Assembly (NCBI GenBank): GCA_034435035.1
Contig: DAOTXW010000060.1
Span: 1,586-65,585 of the forward strand
DNA length: 64,000 nucleotides
Reading direction: 5' to 3'
Origin: Anaerolineae bacterium
GTDB lineage: Bacteria; Chloroflexota; Anaerolineae; Aggregatilineales; UBA3940
Position numbers and translations under genes: made by a program. Positions within the stretch are counted from its first letter, which is position 1; each line of letters begins with the position of its first letter. Of this stretch, positions 1 to 8,742 are shown one piece after another. The notes beneath the pieces are model-generated. The model made no database searches and was not told the origin of the DNA. It saw only the letters and a program-made list of their open reading frames with translations.

Positions 1-2
1 CC

Positions 3-1061
3 GTGACCGTGCAGACGATCGATCTGTTTGAGCGCCTGCAGGGATCGCTGAACGAGGCGACCCATCTGTACAACACGGCGCTGGCGCTGAACACGGCCCA
101 CAGCGCCGATGACGTCATCAACACGGCGCTGGCCGAGATCGCACAGGTCAGCGGCGCGGCCCGGATGATGCTCTACCTGGCTGGCCCCGATCCGCGGGGC
201 AGGGTAGCCTACTACACGGAGGTCGTGGCGGGTTGGAACAATGGGACCCTGCGTCGGGTCAGCACCAACCGCCGCCGCCCCGCTGAAGTGCCCCTGCTGA
301 CTCAGTTCCCTCAGCCGCGGGCCAACCTGATTTTCAACAACCTGACCGATCCGCGGCTGACCGAGGAGGTGCGGGCGGCGCTGGCCAGCGAGGAGGCCAC
401 CGGGCTGATGGTCATCCCCCTCACTGCCGGCGCGGCCTGGCTGGGCGTGCTGGCGGTTGAGGCGCAGGCGGAGCAGCAGTTCACCAGCGACCAGGCGCGG
501 CTGTGCCGCACGATCGCCGATCAGGCGGCGCTGGTGCTGGATTCCCAGTTGCTGCTGCAGCGGGCCGAACAGGCTGCCCGCCGGGAGCAGGCGCTGCGCC
601 AGATCACGGAGCGCATCCGCACGGCGGATACACCCGAGGGGGTGGTCGAGATGGCACATGTCGAGCTCCGGCAGGCGCTGGGCCGCACCCCTGAGGAGCT
701 GGAACGCCTGCAGTGGCGTGATGAACAGGCCCTGAGCGCTGAGGAGTGGGACCTGGTGGAGCAGGTCGGCCATCAGGTGGATCTGGCCATCGCCAACCTG
801 CAGCTGATGGCGGCCACCCGGCAGACAGCCCAGCATGAGCAGACCGTTGGCCTGATGGTATCCGAACTGCAGCGGGCCGTGACGGTTGAGGATGTGCTGG
901 AGACGGCGGCCCGCACCCTGCGTGACGTGCTGGGGGATTACGAGGTATCCGTCCGGCTGAGGACGGACCTGCCGGATGGCGCCCGCCTGGTCCTGACGGA
1001 CAGCTACGAGGATGGCGGGCGCAGCCAGGATGAACGAGCAGGTCATTCCGCGGAGGGCTGA
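3..1061 (+). CDS. GAF-domain signalling protein, probably 5'-truncated by the window edge. It is the first visible member of the GAF paralog array.
   Basis: The frame is open from the window edge. It has a GAF-like core (..LMVIPLTAGAAWLGVLAVEAQ.., ..ADQAALVLDSQLLLQRAE..), then a helical linker and a second GAF-like tail (..TAARTLRDVLGDYEVSVRL). Its stop overlaps the next start (TGATG at 1059-1063). Confidence 0.7.
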   Translation: MTVQTIDLFERLQGSLNEATHLYNTALALNTAHSADDVINTALAEIAQVSGAARMMLYLAGPDPRGRVAYYTEVVAGWNNGTLRRVSTNRRRPAEVPLLTQFPQPRANLIFNNLTDPRLTEEVRAALASEEATGLMVIPLTAGAAWLGVLAVEAQAEQQFTSDQARLCRTIADQAALVLDSQLLLQRAEQAARREQALRQITERIRTADTPEGVVEMAHVELRQALGRTPEELERLQWRDEQALSAEEWDLVEQVGHQVDLAIANLQLMAATRQTAQHEQTVGLMVSELQRAVTVEDVLETAARTLRDVLGDYEVSVRLRTDLPDGARLVLTDSYEDGGRSQDERAGHSAEG

Positions 1062-2722
1062 TGGCCCCCGCTCCGGGTGGTATAAAGCGCATGAAAGTTG
1101 AACAGGCCGTACCTCGACCCTTCTGGAACACGCTGACTGAGCCGCACGCTGCCCTCACCGGGCCGGTGGAACGGCGGCGCGCCCGCGTACTGTCCGGCAT
1201 CAGCCTGGCGCTGCTGGCTGGCGCGGCGGCGCTGGCGGTCTGGGCCTTCACGCGCAGCCCCGGCGCCGGGTACGCGGCTCTGCCACCGGCGGCCCTGTTC
1301 CTGGTTGTCTATGCGCTCAGCCGCACCCCCCGCGCACCTCAGGGGGCGCTGCTGCTGGTGCTGGGCCTGCTGATCGGTAATTTCGTGGTGATCCTGCGCG
1401 AGCCGGATGCAGCGCAGGTGGCAGAGGATATCCCCTTCCTGCTGCTGCCGATCCTGCTGGCGGCGCTGCTGCTCAACGCCCGGCTGGCCGGGGCGCTGGC
1501 GGCGGCTGTCGTGATCGGGCTGCTGGCGCTCCCGCTGGCCCTGCCGTGGCTGTCGCTGGCGGATTATCTGCCGGGGTTTGCGGCCAACGCGATCGTGGCG
1601 ATCCTGGCCGCGCTCATGGCCTTCCTGCGGGAGCGGGACATGGCGCTGATCCAGAATCAGACCGCCGATCTCACCCGCTACACCCGGACGCTGGAGGCCG
1701 AAGTCCGCAACGTCATCACCACCGCGCAGGTTGGCCAGGCGATCACCGGGATGCGCAACCTGAGCGACCTGCTGCGCCAGATCGTCACGCTGATCGTCGA
1801 ACGGTTCGACTTCTATCACGCGCAGGTCTTTCTGCTGGATGACGCCCGCGAGTTCGCCGTCCTGCGCGAAAGCACCGGCGAGCCGGGGCGCGAGCTGCTG
1901 GCCCGCGGCCACCGGCTCCCCGTTGGCTCGCAGTCGGTGATCGGGCAGGTGGCCGCGCAGGGCAAGCCGCTGATTGTGCTGGATACGGATACCAACCCGG
2001 TGCACCGCCGCAACGATCTGCTGCCCAACACTCGCTCGGAGATGGCGCTGCCGCTGGTGGCGGGCGGGCAGCTGATCGGGGTGTTGGATATTCAGAGCGC
2101 CCGGCCCAACGCCTTCAGCGAATCCGACCTGCGCGTCTTTCAGACGATGGCCGACCAGCTGGCGGTCGCCATCGAGAACGCGCGGCTGTTTGAGCGCACG
2201 CAGCGCGATCTGGACGAGATCGAAAAGCTCAACCGCCGGCTGACCGGCGAAGGCTGGATGCGCTATCAGGCCAGCCGGCCCGGCGGCGCGGCTATCGGCT
2301 ACCAGGCTGGCCCGGACGGTGCGCGCCCGATCCGCCCCGGCGAGCTGCCGGCGGGCGATGGGCAGGAAGCCGGCGCGCTCAGCCTGCCGCTGATGGTGCG
2401 CGGCGAGCCGATCGGCGTGCTGGATGTGCGCTCGCGCAGCGGGGAGCCGCTGGATGAGCAGGCTCAGGCGGTGCTCCAGGCGGTGGCTGAGCGGGTGGCG
2501 CTGGCGTTGGACAGCACCCGGCTGGGCGACAGCGCCCTGCGTCAGGTGGAGCGCGAGCAGCTGCTGGGCCGCCTTTCCGCTGAGCTGCAGGCGACCACCG
2601 ATCTGGATGTCATCCTGCATATCGCGGCGCGGGAAGCCAGCCGGGCGCTGGGCACGCCGCGCGGGTTCGTGCATCTGGCGATGAAGCCGCGTGATGAACC
2701 GGCTCCGCCCGAGCAGGGGTAG
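1061..2722 (+). CDS. Polytopic membrane GAF sensor protein with no recognisable output domain (array paralog)
   Basis: The N-terminal ~190 aa are hydrophobic with several TM helices. An array-type GAF follows (FDFYHAQVFLLDD..STGEPGRELLARGHRLPVGSQSVIGQ..TRSEMALPL..IGVLDIQS..MADQLAVAIENARLFE). Next comes the linker LNRRLTGEGW and a second GAF-like half (LPLMVRGEPIGVLDV..). GGAGGG lies upstream of the ATG. Confidence 0.85.
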   Translation: MAPAPGGIKRMKVEQAVPRPFWNTLTEPHAALTGPVERRRARVLSGISLALLAGAAALAVWAFTRSPGAGYAALPPAALFLVVYALSRTPRAPQGALLLVLGLLIGNFVVILREPDAAQVAEDIPFLLLPILLAALLLNARLAGALAAAVVIGLLALPLALPWLSLADYLPGFAANAIVAILAALMAFLRERDMALIQNQTADLTRYTRTLEAEVRNVITTAQVGQAITGMRNLSDLLRQIVTLIVERFDFYHAQVFLLDDAREFAVLRESTGEPGRELLARGHRLPVGSQSVIGQVAAQGKPLIVLDTDTNPVHRRNDLLPNTRSEMALPLVAGGQLIGVLDIQSARPNAFSESDLRVFQTMADQLAVAIENARLFERTQRDLDEIEKLNRRLTGEGWMRYQASRPGGAAIGYQAGPDGARPIRPGELPAGDGQEAGALSLPLMVRGEPIGVLDVRSRSGEPLDEQAQAVLQAVAERVALALDSTRLGDSALRQVEREQLLGRLSAELQATTDLDVILHIAAREASRALGTPRGFVHLAMKPRDEPAPPEQG

Positions 2723-2890
2723 GGTATCCCCGCCCGTGCCGGCGCCGGATTATGACTATAATGAGGGCAGCCGTGGGGGCTGGCCGGCTCAGAGCAGCCG
2801 GCGCGTTGCAGGCATGGGGGCCGTGGAGGCCCCTCCCGTGTATGAGGGCCTGAGGGGGAATCCCGGGATCAGGATAGGCGATACAAGCTT

Positions 2891-4699
2891 ATGAGCCAGA
2901 ATACACCATACACCTCAACCGCCCCGACGGGGCGCCTGGGCTGGCTGACCCACGTGGCGGCCCGCGACAGCGCCGCCGCCCGCCGGGGGGCAACCACGGC
3001 TGTGCTGCTGGTGATCGCCGCCGCGGCGACCCTCGTCGTCCTGACCGTGCAGGCGGTGACGGGCATCTTCACGGTGCCCGGCGCCCTGCTGCGCATGCTG
3101 ATCACGCTGGCGGTGGCGGGTGGGCTGTTCATGGCCAACCGCCTCGGCTATACCCGCGCGACCGGCACGGCCATGGCCCTGCTGATCCTGCTGCTGAACT
3201 TCGCCGTGCTGGACATGACCGGCCGCGAGCTGCCGGGCCCGGCGGTGCAGATCGTGCCGATCCTGGTCGCTGGGCTGCTGGGGACGCCTGCCTCCGCGCT
3301 CATTATGACCCTGCTGGCAGTTGCCGGGCACCTGATCGTCAACCTGCAGGCCGACCCCAATTACCTCACCGGGGCGGGCAGCGCGATCAGCGGCCTGCTG
3401 AACCTGTATGCTCAGTTCACCGTCGTTGGCATCGCCTCCTGGCTGTTTTCGCGGGTCAGCGCTCAGGCGCTGGAGGAAAGCAGCCGTTACAGCCTGACGC
3501 TCTCCAGCCGCCAGCTTGAGCTGGAGCAGCGCTTCGATGCCCAGAACCGCTATCTTCAGGCCACCACCGCCATCGCCCGCGCCATCGTCGGCGTGCGCGA
3601 CATCGATCGTCTGCTGGAGCAGGCCGTCGGGCTGGTGCGCGAGACATTCAACTACTATCATGTGCAGGTATTCCTGGTGGACGATGATCGCGAGTATGCG
3701 GTGCTGCGCCAGAGCACCGGCGAGGCCGGCCAGCAGCTGCTGGCCAGCGGCCATCGCCTGCCCGTCGGCAGCCTGAGCGTGATCGGGCAGGTCACGGCCA
3801 CCGGGCGCCCGGTGGTGGCCCGCGATACCGATGTCGATGCCATCCACCGCCGCAACAGGCTGCTGCCCCTGACGCGCTCTGAGATGGCGCTGCCGCTGGT
3901 GTCAGGCGACCAGGTGATCGGCGCGCTCGACCTGCAGAGCACCGAGCCGGACGCCTTCACGCCCGACGTGCTGCCGACCCTGCAGGCTATGGCCGACCAG
4001 CTGGCGATCGCGATTGAGAATGCGCGCCTCTACAGCCAGGCGCAGGACAACCTGCGGCAGCTCCAGAAGCTGTACAGCGAGGTCACCGAGCGATCCTGGA
4101 CCGACTTTCTGGCCTCGGCGGACGATGTTGACCGCCGGCAGGTCTACGGGCCGGAGCCGGCCGCGCTGCGGGCGCAGCGGAGCGATGTGGTGCGCCGCGT
4201 GCTGAACGCCGGCACGGTGCTGGTCTCGTCGGGGCAGGATGGACGCCCCGCCTACCTCGCGGCCCCGATCCTGGTGCGGGGTGAGGTGGTCGGCGTGATC
4301 GGCGTCGAGCCTGAGCGCAGCCGCGACTGGACGCAGGACGATGTGCAGCTCCTCCAGAGCGTGGCGGAGCGCACAGCGCTGGCTGTGGAGAACGCCCGAC
4401 TCTACCTGCAGGCGCAGCGCGCCGCCGACCGCGAGCGCCTGGTCAATACCATCGCCTCGCGCCTGCAGCGCGCGCCCAACCTGGCGATGCTGCTGGAAAG
4501 CGCGGCTCAGGAGCTGGCCAGCGCGCTGGGCACCGATAATGTGTATGCGGAAATCAGCCTTGATCAGCCGCTGCCCCGCCGGGAGGCCGGCGAAGGGTCG
4601 GACCGCGAGGCCGTCGAGGGGGCAGCCCGTCAGCATGACGGCTCGCTGCCGCCGGAGAGCGCCCGCGACGAGGCTGAGGAAGCGAGGGCCAAATCATGA
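2891..4699 (+). CDS. Polytopic membrane GAF sensor protein with no recognisable output domain (array paralog)
   Basis: Multi-TM N-terminus. Array-type GAF (FNYYHVQVFLVDDDREYAVLRQSTGEAGQQLLASGHRLPVGSLSVIGQ..TRSEMALPLVSGDQVIGALDLQS..MADQLAIAIENARLY). Second GAF-like half (APILVRGEVVGVIGVE..AVENARLYLQ). Acidic disordered tail. Confidence 0.85.
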   Translation: MSQNTPYTSTAPTGRLGWLTHVAARDSAAARRGATTAVLLVIAAAATLVVLTVQAVTGIFTVPGALLRMLITLAVAGGLFMANRLGYTRATGTAMALLILLLNFAVLDMTGRELPGPAVQIVPILVAGLLGTPASALIMTLLAVAGHLIVNLQADPNYLTGAGSAISGLLNLYAQFTVVGIASWLFSRVSAQALEESSRYSLTLSSRQLELEQRFDAQNRYLQATTAIARAIVGVRDIDRLLEQAVGLVRETFNYYHVQVFLVDDDREYAVLRQSTGEAGQQLLASGHRLPVGSLSVIGQVTATGRPVVARDTDVDAIHRRNRLLPLTRSEMALPLVSGDQVIGALDLQSTEPDAFTPDVLPTLQAMADQLAIAIENARLYSQAQDNLRQLQKLYSEVTERSWTDFLASADDVDRRQVYGPEPAALRAQRSDVVRRVLNAGTVLVSSGQDGRPAYLAAPILVRGEVVGVIGVEPERSRDWTQDDVQLLQSVAERTALAVENARLYLQAQRAADRERLVNTIASRLQRAPNLAMLLESAAQELASALGTDNVYAEISLDQPLPRREAGEGSDREAVEGAARQHDGSLPPESARDEAEEARAKS

Positions 4700-6942
4700 G
4701 CACGCGTTCACGAAGCGCCCGCGCCATCAATCTGCTGTCGCTGCCGATCGCGGTCAAGCTGGCGATCGGCCTCGGCGCGGTGCTGCTGATCACCGCCCTG
4801 GTCACCAACCAGCTGGTCAGCCAGGTGGTCACCGACGCGCAGCAGCAGGTGGTGCTCCAGGACCTGGAGACGCTCAGCCGCTCCAATGCCTTCCGGGTGG
4901 TTGACGTGCTGGGGCAGGAAATCATCACGCTGAACAACCTCGCCACCACCGCGCTCATCCAGCAGCAGCTGCGTCTGCTGTCCCAGTCTGACGCCGTTTT
5001 CCCGGCTGACGAAGAGACGGTGATCCTGCCCGATGCCCTGCTGACGCAGGAGGTCGTGGCCTTCCTGCAGACGCACCGCGAGTTCAGCACGGTGGCGATC
5101 GTCGATGAAAAGGGCATCGTCCGCGCGGTCGATCCGCTGCCGTTCGAGACCCGCCTCGACCCGGATAACTGGCGCTGGTACGAAGGCGCGCTGCTGGAAG
5201 GCACCTACATTCACGAGCCGGATGAAGACTTCCTGACCGGCGTCAACGGCATCCAGCTGGCCCTGCAGATCCCGGATACCGTCGAACCGGATCGCGCCCT
5301 GGGCGTGGTCTACGCCGTCTGGAACATGAGCAACGTGCTGGATGTCACCCTGGTAGGCACCAGCCGCGAGGGCACGGTGGTCGAGCTGGATGGCTCAGTG
5401 CTGATCTCCGGCACCGAGCCGCTGGGCAGCCTGCTCAACCGCCGCCTGTATGAGCGGGTGCGCGAAGCGCCTGCCGGATCGTTCCGGTTCACCGATGATC
5501 AGGGCCGCGAGTGGCTGTATGGCTTCGTCAACATGAGCACCCTGAATCTCGGCGATGAGCGCATCCGCAACCTGCGCTGGATCTTCCTGACCCGCCAGCC
5601 CCTCTCGGCCATCGAGGCCAACGTGAACCTGCTGGCCGGGCGGCTCCGGCTGGCCGTCGGTGCCAGCGCGCTGGTCGTCACGCTGGCGGTGGCCGGGTTC
5701 GCCACGCTGCTGCTGCGCCCGCTGCGCCGTCTGACCGACGCCGCGGCGCAGATCCGGCGCGGCAACCTGAGCGCGCCGATCCCCGATCTGCCCACTGATG
5801 AGGTGGGGCAGCTGGCCGGGGTGCTGCGCGGCCTGGTCGAGCAGCTGCTGGAGCGTGTGTCTGAGCTGCGTGCGGCTGTGCAGGTCTCCCATGCGGCGGT
5901 GCTGACGCTGGACCTTTCCACCATGCTCGAAGATGTGGTGCGCTCGCTGACCACCCAGTTCGGCTACCCGGATGTGCGCGTCTATCTGGTCAACCCGGCG
6001 GGCAACCGCGCCGTCATTCAGGCGGCAGCCGGCGCCGAGGGCGAGCGCCTGCTGCGTGCCGGTCACCGGGTGCCGGTCGATGAAACCACGCTGATCGGGC
6101 GGGCCATCCTGCTCGGCGAGCCGCAGATCGGCTCGGAGCGCGAGCGCCTGCGCGAGGCGGGCCTGATGACCGGGCGAGCCGAGCTGGCCATCCCGTTGCA
6201 GTCAGGCTCCCGCCCGCTGGGGGTCCTCTATCTGCTGGCCCGCCGCCTGGGCGCCTTCGAGGCGGAAGATGTGGACCTGCTGCGCCTGATCGCCGACCAG
6301 GTGAGCGCGACCATCGCCAACGCCCGCCTGTTTGAGCAGTCCGCGGCTAACCTGGCGGAAATTGAAGCCCTGAACCGCCGCCTGACCCGCGGCGGCTGGG
6401 AAGAGTACCTCGGCGAGGGCGGCGTCATCCGCCATACACCGGACCCGGAGCGGCGCTGGCCGGCGCTGGCGGCGGGCGAAGGCGGCAGCGCGGCCGCTGT
6501 CCAGGCCGCCACCTATGTCGAACCGGACGGCCGGATCGTGCTGGCCGCGCCGGTGCTGCTGCGCGGCGAGGTGATCGGCACGCTGGCCGCGACGCGCCCG
6601 GCGGGCGCTCGCTGGTCGCGCGATGAAGTGGCCCTGATGGAATCGGTCGCCGCCCGTATGGCGATGATCGCCGAAAGCATCCGCCTGGTTGACGAGTCGA
6701 GCCGACGCGCCCAGCGTGAGCAGCGCGTCAACGAGGTCTCCGCCAGCCTGTTGCAGCGGGCCACCAGCGTGGATGCCGTGCTGCGCGGGGCGCTGGATGA
6801 ACTGAACGAGGTGCTGGGCTCCGACCGTATTGCGCTGCGGCTGGGCCCGGCCGCGCCGGATGGCGACCGCCAGCCAGGGGCAGAGCGCGACGCCGGGGAT
6901 GAGGAGCGCCGGGGCCAGGGCGTCAATGGGGACAGGGAGTAG
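4696..6942 (+). CDS. Membrane sensor with TM, Cache-like extracytoplasmic domain, TM, HAMP and a divergent GAF; no output domain (array paralog)
   Basis: ATGA start/stop overlap with the upstream gene at 4696-4699. A HAMP-like segment follows the second TM (RPLRRLTDAAAQIRRGNLSAPIPDLPTDEVGQLAGVLRGLVEQL). The GAF is a more divergent copy (FGYPDVRVYLVNPAGNRAV..AELAIPLQSGSRPLGVLYL..IANARLFEQ). The LNRRLTRGGW linker is present. Confidence 0.85.
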   Translation: MSTRSRSARAINLLSLPIAVKLAIGLGAVLLITALVTNQLVSQVVTDAQQQVVLQDLETLSRSNAFRVVDVLGQEIITLNNLATTALIQQQLRLLSQSDAVFPADEETVILPDALLTQEVVAFLQTHREFSTVAIVDEKGIVRAVDPLPFETRLDPDNWRWYEGALLEGTYIHEPDEDFLTGVNGIQLALQIPDTVEPDRALGVVYAVWNMSNVLDVTLVGTSREGTVVELDGSVLISGTEPLGSLLNRRLYERVREAPAGSFRFTDDQGREWLYGFVNMSTLNLGDERIRNLRWIFLTRQPLSAIEANVNLLAGRLRLAVGASALVVTLAVAGFATLLLRPLRRLTDAAAQIRRGNLSAPIPDLPTDEVGQLAGVLRGLVEQLLERVSELRAAVQVSHAAVLTLDLSTMLEDVVRSLTTQFGYPDVRVYLVNPAGNRAVIQAAAGAEGERLLRAGHRVPVDETTLIGRAILLGEPQIGSERERLREAGLMTGRAELAIPLQSGSRPLGVLYLLARRLGAFEAEDVDLLRLIADQVSATIANARLFEQSAANLAEIEALNRRLTRGGWEEYLGEGGVIRHTPDPERRWPALAAGEGGSAAAVQAATYVEPDGRIVLAAPVLLRGEVIGTLAATRPAGARWSRDEVALMESVAARMAMIAESIRLVDESSRRAQREQRVNEVSASLLQRATSVDAVLRGALDELNEVLGSDRIALRLGPAAPDGDRQPGAERDAGDEERRGQGVNGDRE

Positions 6943-6948
6943 CCGCCG

Positions 6949-8730
6949 ATGTCCGATCGTGTAGAAACTGTTTCGCAGGGAGCGGGGCCGCGCGGGCTGC
7001 TGATTGCGCTGCGCCGTCTGGGGCGGCGCCTGTTTAGCATCCGCTACCGCTATGAGGATGTGCTCGACCGGCAGCGGGCTTCGGCGCTGGGCGTTATGTG
7101 CCTGCTGTTTGGCCTGATGGGCATGCTGGGCACACTGGCGCTGATCCTTTTCTTCCCGGAGGTTGCGCCCCGCCGCATGGCGATCCCGAATGTCGTCATG
7201 GGCCTTCTCTACCTGCTGCTGGTGCAGCAGGTGCAGACGGGCCGCCTGAGGCGGGCCAGCTTCGGCTTCATCGCGCTGGCTTTAGCCGTCCCCACCATCC
7301 TGAACCTGGCTTTCCAGTTCATCCCCTCGCAGGCGGCCTTCCTGAGTCTGTCGATCCCGGTGGTGGCTGCTTCCCTGCTGCTGGGGCCGCTGTGGTCCTT
7401 TGCGGCTGCCGGCCTGGCGATGCTCAGCGTGGCGGGCATCAGCCTGATGGAGTATCAGCGGCTGGCCGCGGCGCTGGGCGCGGATGCCCTGGCCGGCGAG
7501 GCGGCCCGGCTGCGCCTGGTCGCGCTGATCGTCGCCTTCCTGATGAGCATGCTTGCGCTGTTCGCCTGGCTGCTGACCACCAGCCTGACGCGCTGGGCGG
7601 AAAGCGCTCAGCGTCGCGCCCGCCAGCTGGAAGCCGCCGCCGTCATTAACGAGACGGCAGCGGTGACTGTTAACTTAAGCACGCTGCTGAATGTCGTGGT
7701 GGAGCGTATCCGCGACGCGTTCGGCTTCTACCACGCGCAGGTGTTCCTGATCGACCCGGAGGGACGTCTGGCCCGCCTGCAGGCCAGCACGGGCCGCGCC
7801 GGCCTGGCGCTGCTGGCGCGCGGCCACGCGCTGCGTGTCGGCTCGCAGTCGATGGTCGGGCAGTGTGCCTTCCTGGGCGAACCGATCGTGGTCAATGACA
7901 CCAGCCTCAGTTCCGTCTGGCGGCCCAACGAACTCCTGCCCGACACCCGCGCCGAGCTGTCGCTGCCGCTGCGGGTGGGCGACAATGTGATCGGGGTGCT
8001 GGATGTGCAGTCCACCACGCCCGGCGTCTTTGAGCCGGACGACGTGCGCTCGCTCAGCATCATGGCCCAGCAGCTCGCCACGACGATTGAGAAGACGCGT
8101 CTGCTGGACGCGCTGCAGGCGCGCGCTGAGGAGAACCAGCGCCTGTACGAAGAGTCGCAGTCCAGCCTGAGGCAGATCGAGGACCTGAACCGCCGCCTGA
8201 CCCGCGAAGGCTGGAGTGACTACCTGGCCGCGCGGCGGGCCGGCGGCACGCTGGGCTACACGCTGGCTCAGGGCGCGATCGAGGCGGACTCGAGCTGGAC
8301 GGCGCCGATGCGGCAGGCTTACCAGGGCGAACACAGCGTGATCGTCAGGCAGGATCAGAATGCGCATATCGCGGCGGTTCCCCTGCGCGTCCGTGGTGAG
8401 GTGATCGGCGTGCTGGAGATGGAGCGCGGGGGCAACCGCCCGTGGACCGATGAAGACCTGGAGATCGCCGAGACGCTGGTTGACCGCCTGTCGGTCGCCA
8501 TCGAGAACGCACGCCTGTTTGAGCAGGCGACGCAGGCCACCGAACGCGAGCATGTCATCAACCAGATCGCGCAGGATGTCCAGTCGGCGCAGACGGTGGA
8601 CGACATCCTCCAGTCCGCGCTGGCAGACCTGCGGTCGGTGCTGGGCGCGTCGCGCGGCATTGTGCAGATCAGCCCCCGGGCCGAGACCCGGTCGCGTACC
8701 GGTCACACCGGGCCGCTGGGGCGGTCGTAA
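6949..8730 (+). CDS. Polytopic membrane GAF sensor protein with no recognisable output domain (array paralog)
   Basis: Only a 6-nt gap from the upstream stop. Multi-TM N-terminus. Array-type GAF (FGFYHAQVFLIDPEGRLARLQASTGRAGLALLARGHALRVGSQSMVGQ..IGVLDVQS). LNRRLTREGW linker. Second GAF-like half (VPLRVRGEVIGVLEME..AIENARLFEQ). Confidence 0.85.
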   Translation: MSDRVETVSQGAGPRGLLIALRRLGRRLFSIRYRYEDVLDRQRASALGVMCLLFGLMGMLGTLALILFFPEVAPRRMAIPNVVMGLLYLLLVQQVQTGRLRRASFGFIALALAVPTILNLAFQFIPSQAAFLSLSIPVVAASLLLGPLWSFAAAGLAMLSVAGISLMEYQRLAAALGADALAGEAARLRLVALIVAFLMSMLALFAWLLTTSLTRWAESAQRRARQLEAAAVINETAAVTVNLSTLLNVVVERIRDAFGFYHAQVFLIDPEGRLARLQASTGRAGLALLARGHALRVGSQSMVGQCAFLGEPIVVNDTSLSSVWRPNELLPDTRAELSLPLRVGDNVIGVLDVQSTTPGVFEPDDVRSLSIMAQQLATTIEKTRLLDALQARAEENQRLYEESQSSLRQIEDLNRRLTREGWSDYLAARRAGGTLGYTLAQGAIEADSSWTAPMRQAYQGEHSVIVRQDQNAHIAAVPLRVRGEVIGVLEMERGGNRPWTDEDLEIAETLVDRLSVAIENARLFEQATQATEREHVINQIAQDVQSAQTVDDILQSALADLRSVLGASRGIVQISPRAETRSRTGHTGPLGRS

Positions 8731-8742
8731 AGGAGGGCGAGG